Origin: Octopus vulgaris
Lineage: Eukaryota
NCBI GenBank assembly: GCA_951406725.2
Contig: OX597825.1
Span: 9,920,001 to 9,984,000 of the forward strand
DNA length: 64,000 nucleotides
Direction: 5' to 3'
The first letter of the stretch is position 1, and every line of letters starts with the position of its first letter. The position numbers and the translations under genes were made by a program. The notes under the pieces are model-generated. The model had not been told where the DNA came from. It saw only the letters and a list, made by a program, of their open reading frames with translations, and did no database searches. This document shows, one piece after another, positions 1 to 12,502 of this stretch.

Positions 1-87
1 TAAGAACAATCAACCTAGAACTGTAAACATAGATTAAGGAATGTTACTATCTAACAATTTGTAAAACATACTCAAAATACAGAAATG

Positions 88-510
88 TACTCTTTTTACT
101 ATTTACTTGTTTCAGTCATTTGACTGTGGCCATGCTGGAGCACTGCCTTTAGTGGATCGAGCAAATCGACCCCAAGACTTATTCTTTGTAAGCCTAGTAC
201 TTGTTCTATCAGTCTCTTTTGCCAAACCGTTAAGTTACGGGGATATAAACACACAAGCATCAGTTGTCAAGCGATGTTGGAGGGACAAACGCAGACACAC
301 AAACATGTACACACACATACATACGTACATATATATACACACATATATACGACGGGCTTCTTTCAGTTTCAGTCTACCAAATCCACTGACAAGGCTTTGG
401 TCGGCCCGAGGCAATAGTAGAAGACACTTTGCCCAAGGTGTCATGCAGTGGGAATGAACCCAGAACCATGTGGTTGGTTAGCAAACTACTTACCACACAG
501 CCACTCCTGT
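88..510 (-). mobile_element. tRNA-derived SINE, family A (CORE-like domain, internal CA/TA microsatellite)
   Basis: The minus strand begins CAGGAGTGGCTGTGTGGTAAG (A box) ... GGTTCATTCC (B box) ... CCTTGGGCAAAGTG (CORE-like). Near-identical copies lie at 622-1037, 8944-9368, 33780-34262, 35985-36376 and 51855-52182. Confidence 0.85.
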
Positions 511-621
511 AGTTAATATAAACTAAATGTAATCCAATGGAATAACGTATCACTTTAACTATTAGACTTCAATCATTTTAAAACTACATGACACGGGAAT
601 AAACCAATGCAAACCAATATC

Positions 622-1037
622 TCTCTCTCTCTTTTACTTGTTTCAGTCATTTGACTGCGGCCATGCTGGAGCACCGCCTTTAGTCGAGCAAATCGGCCCC
701 GGGACTTATTCTTTGTAAGCCCAGTACTTATTCTATCGGTCTCCTTTGCCGAACCGCTAAGTGACGGGGACGTAAACACACCAGCATCGGTTGTCAAGCA
801 ATGCTAGGGGGACAAACACACACACACAAACTCACACACACACACACATATATATATATATACATATATACAACAGGCTTCTTTCAGTTTCCGTCTACCA
901 AATCCACTCACAAGGCATTGGTCGGCCCGGGGCTATAGCAGAAGATATTTGCCCAAGATGCCACGCAGTGTGACTGAACCCGGAACCATGTGGTTGGTAA
1001 GCAAGCTACTTACCACACAGCCACTCCTGCACCTATG
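622..1037 (-). mobile_element. tRNA-derived SINE, family A
   Basis: Colinear with 88-510; A box TGGCTGTGTGG and B box GGTTCAGTCA on the minus strand. Confidence 0.85.
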
Positions 1038-1042
1038 ATCTG

Positions 1043-1729
1043 TTAACCTTTTTGCTACCATATTTCTGTTGAGATGCTCTGTGTTTCTTTCAATTGATTT
1101 TAAATATAACAAAGAATTTAGTAAAATAACTTTATCATTAAGTTAGTGTTAGGAACATAAATTGTGACTAAGATTTAGTGGAAGATTTTAATTCAGATGT
1201 CTTGCAAACAACTTGCACATGCAAGTGCTACCAGTTAAAAGCTCCGTATACTGGAAGCCAGCAAGTGTATGGGGTCATCAAGAGAGAATGCACGCCGTTT
1301 CGGGGCCTACCTCTCAACGGCATCAATGCTGATATGAAGCCCCGCTTGCTAGATCAGCTGGTTATTAAAATAAACTCAATATCCTTCTAGCCATCACTCA
1401 TCGTCTCTTTTTAACCAAATCCAGTGGCTAGCCTTCACTGTAGATTGGATATCAGTCATGGTGGTATTGACTTTACGATGAGTTAGGCCTAGCGATAACA
1501 ACAATCGTCTCACGCTGTGTCCAACAAACCCTCTACATCCGACTTTGATAGGAAAATGTTCCGCTTTCCAGCCTGCGTCTTCACATTCCTCGAGGAGGTT
1601 TTCATAACGGTTCAATTTTCAAGCCTGAGCAGCGTCCATATTATCTTCATGAGGAACCGTTATGTAAACACGACATTTGTATTACAAAGTCAGAGGCAGT
1701 TTCAGGTACTTTGGTATCAAAAGTGTTAA
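1043..1729. mobile_element. piggyBac-like MITE (TTAA-flanked), split by a non-LTR insertion
   Basis: TTAACCTTTT...AAAAGTGTTAA ends. The halves 1043-1196 and 1660-1729 match the intact ~230-bp copies at 9553-10270 and 24643-24870. Confidence 0.7.
1197..1660 (-). mobile_element. 3' fragment of a HERO/NeSL-like (R2-group, restriction-like endonuclease) non-LTR retrotransposon
   Basis: The minus-strand translation TVPHEDNMDAAQA*KLNRYENLLEECEDAGWKAEHFPIKVGCRGFVG...KASHWIWLKR fits the TVPWE..K..KY..GW...EVGCRGF..WLW.KR C-terminus of this group. Confidence 0.7.
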
Positions 1730-1789
1730 ATATAAACCTTAATTATAGAAATATAAACTGAACCACAAAAGAAATGTTGCACACATACT

Positions 1790-2315
1790 AAAAAGAAACG
1801 GGTTTATTAACAGGATCTTTGACCGGCAGATTTTTAAAATAATTTCTATGTAACAAAAAAATTTTAAACTTCGTATACTGGTAGAATGTGTTTATAAAAC
1901 ATCTTTTACTCTTGGCTTTCTTGAGAAAATTCTGTAGTTTGTAACATATTTGTTGTTTAATTTCTTGCATTTCGGCAATTTCAACCAATCAATGACGTCT
2001 ATTGAAGTGAAAACAATTTCTGCCATAACATTTTCTGGTGGCATCATATGAAAATGTCCCTGTTTTTTATGAGAAAAGAGATACCCTGTGGTATAAACTG
2101 AGAGGTCACCCGTAAACAGAGCTGGATAAGAAAACCGTTCCCTATTTAGTGTCCACCCATAATTATGACCCTAGTATCGATCTATTGCATTTCAATCTGT
2201 TTTAGGGTTAGGGGTGGGGGGAAGGGTATGTTTTTTCTTCAGAAATGTAAATAAACCCAATCAGTTTCTTAAACGAATATATAATATGTAACAGGGACAT
2301 TTTCATATGATGCCA
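1790..2315. mobile_element. Interspersed repeat with an internal 26-bp perfect inverted repeat and a G-rich TTAGGG segment
   Basis: TGGCATCATATGAAAATGTCCCTGTT (2039-2064) pairs with AACAGGGACATTTTCATATGATGCCA (2290-2315). The segment 1897-2052 recurs at about 51258-51415. Confidence 0.6.
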
Positions 2316-3502
2316 GAAGTTAGAAAATCGTGGAAGTTGGAAAATCCTCGGAAATTTTCGACTAAATTTCCCAGAAGTTAGAATATCGTCGGAACTTTCC
2401 AGGAAGTTTTCGACCAAATTTCCCGGAAGTTAGAGAGTCCTCGGAACTTTCCAGGAAGATTTCAACCAAATTTCCCGGAAGCTAGAGAGTCCTCAGAACT
2501 TTCCAGGAAGCTTTCGACCAAATTTCCCGGACGTCACGTAATCCTCAGAACTTTCCAGGAAGTTTTCGACCAAATTTCCTGGAAGTTAGAAAATCCTCGG
2601 AACTCTCCAGGAAATTTTCGACCAAATTTCCTGGAAGTTAGAAAATCCTCGGAACTTTCCATGAAGTTTTCGACCAAATTTCCCGGAAGTTAGAAGATCC
2701 TTGGAACTTTCCAGGAAGATTTCAACCAAATTTCCCGGAAGCTAGAGATTCCTCAGAACTTTCCAGGAAGCTTTCGACCAAATTTCCCGGACGTCACGTA
2801 ATCCTCAGAACTTTCCAGGAAGTTTTCGACCAAATTTCCCAGAAGTTAGAGAATCATCGGAACTCTCCAGGAAGTTTTCGACCAAATTTCCAGGAAGTTA
2901 GAAAATCATCGGAACTTTCCAGGAAATTGTCAACTAAATTTCCAGGAAGTTAGAAAATCCTCGGTAATTTTCGACCAAATTTCCCGGAAGTTAGAAAATC
3001 CTCGAAACTTTCCAAGAAGTTTTTGACCGAATTTCCCGGAAGTTAGAAAATCCTCGGAAGTTTCCAGGAAAATTTCGACTAAATTTCCCGGAATTTAGAA
3101 AATACTCGGAACTTTCCAGGAAAATTTCGACCAAATTTCCTGGAAGTTAGTAATTCCTTGGAAGTTTTTGACCAATATTCAAGGAAGTAAGATAATCATG
3201 GGAAATTCCCAAGTAGTTTTCAACCAAATTTCCAGGAAATTACTAAATCCTTGGAACTTTCCAGGAGGTTTTCGACCAATTTTCCTGAAAGTTAGAAAAT
3301 CCTTGAGACCTACCATGAAATCCTCAGAACTTTCCAGGAAGTTTTCAACCAAATTTCCAGGATGTTAGAAAATCTTTGGAAGTTTTCGACCAATTTGCCA
3401 GGAAGTGAGTAAATCCTCGGAACTTTCCTTCAAGTTCACTACCAACTTTCCAGGAAGTTAGGAAATCCTTTTATCTTTACCTGAAATCCTTGGAACTTTC
3501 CA
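2313..3502. repeat. 52-bp minisatellite (about 20+ units) with a 260-bp higher-order repeat
   Basis: Unit GGAAGTTAGAAAATCCTCGGAACTTTCCAGGAAGTTTTCGACCAAATTTCCC (for example at 2581 and 2633). The variant ACGTCACGTA recurs at 2531 and 2791, a spacing of 5 x 52. Confidence 0.95.
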
Positions 3503-3689
3503 TTAAATGTTTAGGCTGATATCAACAACAAACAAGATGAAGACAAATATCCATCAAATGTAAATAATGTAACTAATGAAATAAATTTGTTTGAGATTTT
3601 AAGCTTTTTCCATTGTTTTGTTCTCCCCCAGTATATATACATATATATATATATATATAATGTCATATTTTGATATTTTAATCATTTTT

Positions 3690-3776
3690 ATGGACCCTGT
3701 CCAATATTCGCAGATTTTCACTGTTCGCGGATTGTCTAGGAATGTAGCCCCCACGAATACTGGCGGACTATTGTAC
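3690..3776 (-). mobile_element. pogo/Tigger-like transposon end
   Basis: The minus strand reads TA-CAATAGTCCGCCAGTATTCGTGGGGGCTACATTCC...CCGCGAA, resembling Tigger-type terminal repeats. The partner end was not seen. Confidence 0.4.
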
Positions 3777-4216
3777 ATCATTACTCTTTTTCCTGTTAAA
3801 TAACTGATCACAAATTTATTTTGAGAGTCTAAACTCTATAATTTAGTAATCCTCTTCATTGAGTTATGTGAAAGATAGATTTAGACAAGATGAGATTAAT
3901 ATATTAAAATACCGATGTAAAGATTGTTAGCATTTTAAATATTTCAGTGGATTTAACAAAATTACGAAATCTAAGCGGGTCTTACATTTCTACAGAAGCA
4001 CTTCATCACACATGCAATATAGGTATATTGCGGCTGGCATGTGTCGAAGGGTTTCATATTTATCCGGAATCAAGTCAATTTTTGAACAATGCTGCATTCT
4101 AGCCTTCTTTATATAGAAGACAATCTCCGTTACTTTGGGACCGACATTAAGAAAGTCATCTAGTTTATTCAGATAAGACTCTCAAGAAAAGTTTTACTAT
4201 TTACAACCTTAAAATA

Positions 4217-5345
4217 TTGGGCCATCCCATAAATAATGCAGTTTTTTTTTATTGCATGAAGTAAAATTTGGAGGAGGAGAAGATAAACTACTAGCATCAG
4301 CTTCCAATAAAAGCAGGTAGTAATTTCACCCTCTCCTTATTCTTAGTGCAAGTTTTGAAGAGTGCAGTTCAATTTTAACAATTATTTTTTTCCAAGCTAT
4401 AATGGAAGTGACAAAGGAGCATATTCGACATGTTTTGCATTATGAGTTCAATAATGACAACAACACAATGGAAACTGTGTGGAACATTAATACCGTATAT
4501 GGGGATTGGACAATAAGCGTAAGCCAGTGTAATGGGTGGTTCCGGAAATCCTGAACCGGAAACTTACAGCCTAGAAGAGGAGCTGCGTCCTGGATAGAGC
4601 TCATTGAGGATGTCCTGCAAACCCTGCTTGAACAAAACCCCATTGTAACTGTTGAGGAACTAGCAAAGCATCTTGGATTTGGTCATTCAACCATACATCA
4701 ACACCTGCATGCCACCAGAAAAGTCAGCAAATTGGGTCAATGGGTCCCTCACAAACTTTCCCAGTCAAATCGCATTTGGAGAGTGAATGTGTGCTCTTCC
4801 TTGCTGTCATGTCTCACGAATGAACCTTTCTTTGACCTAATAATGACTGGTGGCAAAAAATGTCAAGTGCCGCAAACAGCAGGTAGGGAAAGGAGAAACA
4901 CTGGTACCCCACTGGCTAAAAATGGTCGTCACCCACATAAGGTGTTGATATTTGTCTGGTGGAATATGAAAGGTTTAGTCCACTTTGAACTTGTAAAATC
5001 AAGCCAAATAATAACAAAGGAGATCTACTGCAAGCAGCTTGAGCGGTTTGAGACATTGCTAGAAAAAAACGACCATCTTTGGTTTCAATACGAAAGGTTT
5101 TCTTCTATCAGGATAATATTCGGCCACGTACAGTGAGGATGAGATTCCAAAGGCTGGAGCAGTTTGAATGGGAAACAATGCCCCACTCACCGTATTCGCA
5201 AGACATTGCTCCATCTGATTATCATTTATTCTGCTGCTTTCAAAACCATTTGGAAGGAAACAATATGAATTCTCCAGACAAGATCAGAACAGTGCTGATA
5301 CTTTTCGTCATGGACAAGGGAATTTTGGAAGAGGGGCCTTGCAAT
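4217..5345 (+). mobile_element. Mariner transposon with a pseudogenised transposase, 3' end truncated
   Basis: TA + TIR TTGGGCCATCCCATAAATAATG. ATG at 4402 gives MEVTKEHIRHVLHYEF; WVPHKL is near 4741 and HSPYSQDIAPSDYHLF (YSPDLAP motif) near 5185. Stops and frameshifts are present. Confidence 0.92.
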
Positions 5346-5509
5346 TATTTTATAAATCCTCGCTGTCTTTTTTCCTCGCTTACAACCTTGTGTAGCGGAG
5401 TAATAGGAGTAATAGTTTAAGTGGTTCATAGACCATTGGGGCCTACTTCTAACAGACTGGTGTTGTAACCATTCAGCACCCTTATTATAAATTTCATATA
5501 TATATATAT

Positions 5510-5718
5510 ATGGTTAATCCAAACATGAAAACACAAAGAGAAAACACAACAATGCGAGGACGTGGAACAAATATAGTATTATTGGATGCTCAGGAAGGAA
5601 GGGAAGAAGGAGGGCTTAATGTTTCGAGCAGAGCTCTTCGTCAGAAACATAGGAAAAGGAAAGATCCAAAGAAGGGAAGACGGAGGAAAAAAATCGTCAA
5701 CGGTACACACACGGTCAC

Positions 5719-5720
<2 letters not shown>
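5510..5720 (-). mobile_element. Short repeat carrying a hammerhead-like motif (Penelope pLTR-type); longer copy at 47240-47635 (+)
   Basis: Reverse-complement match to about 47440-47635. Motif GTTT-CTGACGA-A-GAGC-tct-GCTC-GAAAC-ATT at 5614-5648. Confidence 0.6.
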
Positions 5721-5758
<38 letters not shown>

Positions 5759-5773
5759 TAGGTATATAGATAT

Positions 5774-5816
<43 letters not shown>

Positions 5817-6299
5817 TATACTAAATCAATCAAACATAAATCTTCATTCCGCTGATGTAATATATATATATGTATGTGTGTGTGTGTGTGTATCTATATA
5901 TATATATATAAACATAGTTGTGTTTACACTCATATACATACACTCAGCACCTCACACTGCCACTTCTCCAATAACTGTTGCACACACACACACACACACA
6001 CGCACACACACACACACAATATGTCCAACTAACTTTATTCATCCATTCATTCATCCATGAGTTCTGTCCATCTGCTTGACTCTGTCTGTCCATCTGTCTC
6101 TGTGGCCATCTCTCTATCCGCATCCACACGCATCTCTGTGTCTGTCTCTCTATCTCTCTATCTCTCTCTATTTATCTTTCTCTCTTTCTATAAATTTGTT
6201 TATTTCCTTCTTTCATCTGTTCTCTCTCTTGCTTCACACACACACACAAATTAAGCATCATATTTACACAGCCACTATTACTCACATAGATATACACAC

Positions 6300-7801
6300 A
6301 CAACAGCTAACTCTTAATATATACACATACAGTTACTGAACACAATAATACGTATCTCAATATGTATAAATGTGTAGTGTGTATATAGTGCGCAATGTAT
6401 ATATATATACACACCTTATGTTAAACACACACATAGTTTCACACACATGTTAGCTAAACAGAAAAACAGTCACACATAACACATACATATATACAGAAAT
6501 ATATGTATATACTCATACACGCATAACTGCATACTACAAACACTCACACATACACACACACACATACAGCTACATATATATACAAAAGCTCACATACTAA
6601 TATATACACTACTGCATACATAGACAATTACAAGCATGCACAGATGTACACAGTGAGTTACACACACACACACACACACAATTATAGGCATAGTTTGTTA
6701 CACACACTCACACACACACATACATACACACACATACACAGAGCAAGACATATACACAATTACACACACATTAACAGCTAAATGTATGTACAGCTACACA
6801 TACACATCTATGCATGCAAACAGACACACATGCAGACACACACACATAGACATGCACATATACATATAGCAATATACATAGACACACACATAAACACTCA
6901 CTCAAATTTGTACACACATCCATACACAGTAAGATACATACACAATTACATACACATAAACAACTGCATACATATACAGCTACACACATGCGCCTATGTG
7001 TATAGACAGCTATGCACACACATGTACATGTATACAGCAACATACACAGAAACACACACACTCACACACGCTTATATGTATGCAATTACACACACATACA
7101 ATTGCACATATATACAACAACATGTAGACACATACACATAACTATGCACACAAACAAACGTACACATGCACAACAACATACACACACACATGCAAATATA
7201 CATATATACAGCAACATACACTGACACGCACAGACACACACTCACACACGCTCACATACAAATGCACATATTACAGTGACATATAGACACACACACACAA
7301 ACAAATGCACACATACACAACTACAACAACAACACACACATGCAAATGTGCATATATATAGCAACATACACTGACACACACATACACACAACTACACACA
7401 AACAAATGTATGCAACAACAACAACAACAACAACAACACAAACACACACACACACACACACACATGCAAATGTGTATATAAGTATAGCAACATACACTGA
7501 CACCCACACCCACACACACACACATGCACACACATAACTACACACACAAACAAATGCATGCAACTACAATGCACACACACACACACACACGTAAATGTGC
7601 ATATATATATATATAGAAACATACACTGACACTCACACACACACACACACGCACACATAACTATACACACAAATAAATGCATGCAACTACAACAACAGAC
7701 ACACACACACACGTAAATGTGCATATATATAGAAACATACACTGACACACACTCACACACACACGTACACAACTACACACACACACACACACACATGTAA
7801 A

Positions 7802-7835
<34 letters not shown>

Positions 7836-7970
7836 GCAACATACACTGACACACACACATTCACACACACACACAAACACACAACTACAACAACAACAAC
7901 ACACATACACACACACACACTCATAGCCACACACACGCACACATAGATGTGCACACTTACACAGTCTCAC
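6300..7970. repeat. Degenerate CA-rich region ending in a ~120-bp cryptic minisatellite
   Basis: The block AAATGTGCATATATA...(G)CAACATACACTGACAC recurs near 7190, 7340, 7465, 7590, 7712 and 7797. Confidence 0.75.
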
Positions 7971-8458
7971 TGACAACAACTACAGAGAGCCAAGCCCATC
8001 TGCCGCCCACTACAAGAGACTAACCATTAGCAGCAGCAGCAGCAGCAGCAGCAACTAGACACCGGAGACCAAACCACTAGAGTGATGGCTAACACAAACC
8101 ATGAGATTCTATGACAATGTAAGTTCTTTATTTATATTTGTCTCTCATTCTCTCCAGCTCTCTGCCTAACACTGTCCTTTCTTCTTATCTGGTTCTCTCT
8201 CTCTCTCACTCTCTTTTTCTCTTTCACTTTCTACATATCTATTTCTCTGTCTGTCTCATCTATCTGTCTATCTATCTATCTATCCATCTGTCTATCTATC
8301 TGTCTGTTTGTTTGTTTGTCTGTCTGTCTGCCATTATCTCTTTATTTATCTGTCTGTCTATCTATTTGTCTATCTAATTATCTATCTATCTATCTATCTG
8401 TCTATCGATCTATCTATCTATCTGTCTGTCTATCTGTTTACTTGTTTCTTACTCCCTG

Positions 8459-8503
<45 letters not shown>

Positions 8504-8943
8504 TACACACACACACATATCTATCTATCTATATATCATATATATATATATGTACACACGGTTTTCTGTACGTATAATCTAAGAACATATAAAAACAAAG
8601 ACCCACAACACACACACACACACACATACTTGTGTCTATGTATGTATGTGTATATATGTGCATGCGTGTGTATGCATGTGTGTGTGTATGAGTGAGCGTG
8701 TATATGTGTTTTTAAGTATATTAGAAATTGTTTTTGGAGCTAATTAAAAGTAGCTGATAATATTCATTAAAACCGGAATTGAATACAGGCAGGGAACCTT
8801 TACAAACCTTATTACACAGCAACAGAAAATGACTGTAACTTCGAAGTCTCGCTGGGAATTGCTTGTCAGACGGAACGGTAAGCGGTTCTTAGTGAAACTT
8901 CATAGTTACATCCAGTCTGTATTTTTACATATACATACACATA

Positions 8944-9368
8944 CAGGAGTGGCTGTGTGGTAAGTAGCTTGTTTACCAACCACATGGTTTCAGGTTCAGT
9001 CCCACTGTGTGGATCCTTGGGCAAGTGCCTTCTACTATAGCCTCGGGCTGACCAAAGCCTTGTGAGTGGATTTGGTAGACGGAAACTGAAAGAAGCCTGT
9101 CATATATATGTGTATATATATATATGTGGTGGAGGTGTATATGTTTGTGTGTCTGTGTTTGTTCCCTCCAACATCGCTTGACAACCGATGCTGGTGTGTT
9201 TATGTCCCCCGTTACTTAGCGGTTCGGCAAAAGAGACCGATAGAACAAGTACTGGGCTTACAAAAGAATAAGTACCGGGGTCGAGTTGCTTGATTGAAGG
9301 TGGTGCTCCAGCTTGGCCGCAGTCAAATGACTGAAACAAGTAAAAGAGTAAAAGAGTAAAAGAGTATA
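8944..9368 (+). mobile_element. tRNA-derived SINE, family A
   Basis: CAGGAGTGGCTGTGTGGTAAG ... GGTTCAGTCCC ... CCTTGGGCAAGTG, ending in a (GTAAAAGA)n tail. Confidence 0.85.
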
Positions 9369-9552
9369 CAGAAGCACATACACACACACACACACACACA
9401 CATATAAACATAAATGTGTGTGTGTGTGTATGTACATACTTACATACATACAGAGAAAAAGAAAATGAGCATTATAAATTCTATATGTATACACAAGAAG
9501 TTTTGAAACAAGCTAAAACCTGAAGAAAACCGGTTGAAGGCTAAACTTCTAG

Positions 9553-10270
9553 TTAACCCTTTCGTTACCGTATTTCTGTTTAGATGTTCTGTGTGTTTCT
9601 TTCAATTAATTGTAAATAGAACAAAGAATTTAGTAAAATAACTTAGTTATCATTCAACTAGTCATCATTAAGCTAGCTTAGTGACTAAGGTTTGGTGGAA
9701 GATTTTAATTCAGAACTTATGAAAACAAGACATTTGTATTACAATGCCAGAACCGGTTTCAGCCAGGTTAGTATTGAAAGGGTTAAATTAATCATTTATT
9801 AACCCTTTTGTTACTGTATTTATTTTGAGATGCTCTGTATTTCTTTCAATTAATTGTAAATATAACAAAGAGTTTAGTAAAATGACTTAGTTATCATTAA
9901 GCTAGTGTTAGGAATATAAATTGCGACTAAGGTTTGGTGGAAGATTTTAATTCAAAACTTATGAAAACAAGACATTTGTACTTCAGAGCCAGAGGTGGTT
10001 TTGGCCAGGTTACTATTGAAAGTGTTAAGTTAATCATTTGTTAACCCTTTTGTTACCCTATTTCTGTTGAGATGCTCTGTATTTCTTTCAATTGATTGTA
10101 AATATAACAAAGAGTTTAGTAAAATGACTTAGTTATCATTAAGCTAGTGTTAGGAATATAAATTGCGACTAAGGTTTGGTGGAAGATTTTAATTCAAAAC
10201 TTATGAAAACAAGACATTTGTACTTCAGAGCCAGAGGCAGTTTCAGCCAGGTTGATAACAAAAGGGTTAA
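9553..10270. mobile_element. Three tandem piggyBac-like MITE copies
   Basis: TTAA-CCCTTT...AAAG(G/T)G-TTAA units at 9553-9786, 9799-10028 and 10041-10270. Confidence 0.8.
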
Positions 10271-10468
10271 TGCCCAAATTCTTTGCCTTTAATCATTTCG
10301 GGGTCGATAAAATAGGTTCCCGTTGAGCACCAAGTTCAATGTAACTGACTTAACCCCTCCCCCAAAACTGCTGGCCTTGAGGCAAAATTTGAAACCATTA
10401 TTATTATTATTATGATTATTATTATTATTATGATTATTATTATTATTATGATTATTATTATTATTATG

Positions 10469-10504
<36 letters not shown>

Positions 10505-10508
<4 letters not shown>

Positions 10509-10875
10509 GTTTGACTTTTGCTTTATATTTGTACAAGTTGGCTCCAAGTCTCACCCAGAGACCTCAAGAGACAACAGGTTGGAAGTTCACATTGTTGTTG
10601 TGCCTAGTGTGCCATATATTTGTTGTTTTTTTTGGTGTTGTACATAGTGAATGTCTAAAAAAAACCCCGAAAATTATGTTTGTTTTAAACCTTGAGATTA
10701 CATAGAAAGTATTTTGCGTAGGATATGAGCAGTCCCCATGAGCACTAACTTTTGAATTTCTGCCATTTTTGGGTTTCCTAGTATCTGAGTTAGGTAGCAA
10801 TCAACCCCTTTTGCTATAATTCCCAGGGCACCTATGACAACAGGTATTGTTTTAGTCTTACTATCATTCCCAGGG

Positions 10876-10878
<3 letters not shown>
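10505..10878 (-). mobile_element. R4/Dong-clade non-LTR 3' fragment in (ATT)n
   Basis: Minus strand KTKTIPVVIGALGIIAKG...AEIQKLVLMGTAHILRKILSM* plus 3' UTR, with (ATT)n on both sides. Confidence 0.75.
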
Positions 10879-10933
<55 letters not shown>

Positions 10934-10947
10934 ATTATTATTATTAT

Positions 10948-11285
10948 AGATGTTGCACAGTATACAATATCAAGGGGTTGTTGATTGAAGATATTGTGTC
11001 TACCGGGGGTTTGTACTGTTTGTCAAGTCACAACAAGGACTCAGACGGACAGTTCTTTACGCAATATGTGTGCAGTTCCAAGTAATGCCAACTTTTGCAA
11101 TACATCTAGATTGTAGGGTATCTCTAAGGTTTTCAGATATTTTTTCATCTTGGGTGGTATTGAACTCAATGCTCCGATGACAATAGGGATAACCTTTATG
11201 TCTATCTCTTGTAGCAGCTACATCTTAGCGATTTCAATTCTCAGGTCTCCATATTTATCAACTTTTTCTCTTTCTTTCATGATGA
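10948..11285 (-). mobile_element. R4/Dong-clade 3' fragment (second family) in (ATT)n
   Basis: Minus strand KEREKVDKYGDLRIEIAKM*...VIPIVIGALSSIP...LQKLALLGTAHILRKEL. Confidence 0.75.
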
Positions 11286-11348
<63 letters not shown>

Positions 11349-11369
11349 GATTATGATTATTATTATTAT

Positions 11370-11755
11370 TCTATGTTTGACTTTTGCTTTGCATTTGTAC
11401 AAGTTGGCTCCGAGTCTCACCCAGAGACCTCAAGAGACAACAAATTGGAAGTTCATGTTGGTGCTATGCCTAGGGTGCCATATATTTGGTTTTGTACATA
11501 GTGTTGTTCTAGAGAATGTTTAAGAAACCATAAGAAAATTATGTTTGTTTTAAAACTTGAGATTACATAGAAAGCATTTTGCATAGGATATGGGCAGTTC
11601 CCATGAGCACTATCTTTTGAATTTCTGCCATTTTGGGGTTTCCTGGTATCTGAGCTAGGTAGCAATCAGCCCCTTTTGCTATCATTCCCAGGGCACCTAT
11701 GACAACAGGTATTGTTTTAGTCTTCAGGTTTCACATTTAGTCTTCAGGTTCCATA
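11370..11755 (-). mobile_element. R4/Dong-clade 3' fragment, paralogue of 10505-10878
   Basis: Colinear with 10505-10878; IPVVIGALGMIAKG...IQKIVLMGTAHIL. Confidence 0.75.
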
Positions 11756-11767
11756 TTATTATTGATA

Positions 11768-11831
<64 letters not shown>

Positions 11832-11839
11832 CATCATCA

Positions 11840-11891
<52 letters not shown>

Positions 11892-11899
11892 CATCATCA

Positions 11900-11960
<61 letters not shown>

Positions 11961-11987
11961 CACTCAAAGGTGGCAAGCTGGCAGAAT

Positions 11988-12200
11988 CATTAGCATGCCA
12001 AGCAAAATGCTGAGAGGAACTTCATCTGTTTTTATGTTCTGAGTTCAAAATTCTGCCGAGGTCAACTCTATCTTTCATCCTCTTGGGATTGATAAATTAA
12101 GCACTGGTCAGGGTCAATAAATTAAGTACACTGGGATCGATATAACTGACAAGCCTCCTCCCCCAACAATGCAGGCCTTGTGCCTATAGTAGAAAGGATT
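11988..12200 (+). mobile_element. SINE family B (tRNA-like head plus conserved CTTTCATCCT..GG.T.GATAAA central domain)
   Basis: Same architecture as the copies at 14055-14220, 18550-18690, 25663-25893, 32530-32735(-), 32788-32970(-), 39630-39760, 40021-40240, 40289-40569, 48775-49157(-) and 55040-55258. Confidence 0.75.
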
Positions 12201-12469
12201 ATTAAAGTCACAAAATATTCAGTTTGTTAGTTTGTTCTAGACATGTGTTTCTGGTTACATGGAATTACAGACAACTAGTCACATGTCTAGTTCACTGGTC
12301 TTCATAGATCTTCACTGTGATCTGTGTATGTGTGTGTTTATAGGAACATATGTGTATATATATATATATATATATTACAAAAATGTATGGTAGTCTAAAT
12401 ATATGCACGTGTATATGAACGTATAATACATATATGTATTTATAAACAACTCTATACATTATATATTTA

Positions 12470-12502
<33 letters not shown>

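Noticed and set aside
2313-3502. CRISPR-like array
   Set aside because: The units are contiguous with no unique spacers, there are no cas genes, and the context is eukaryotic.
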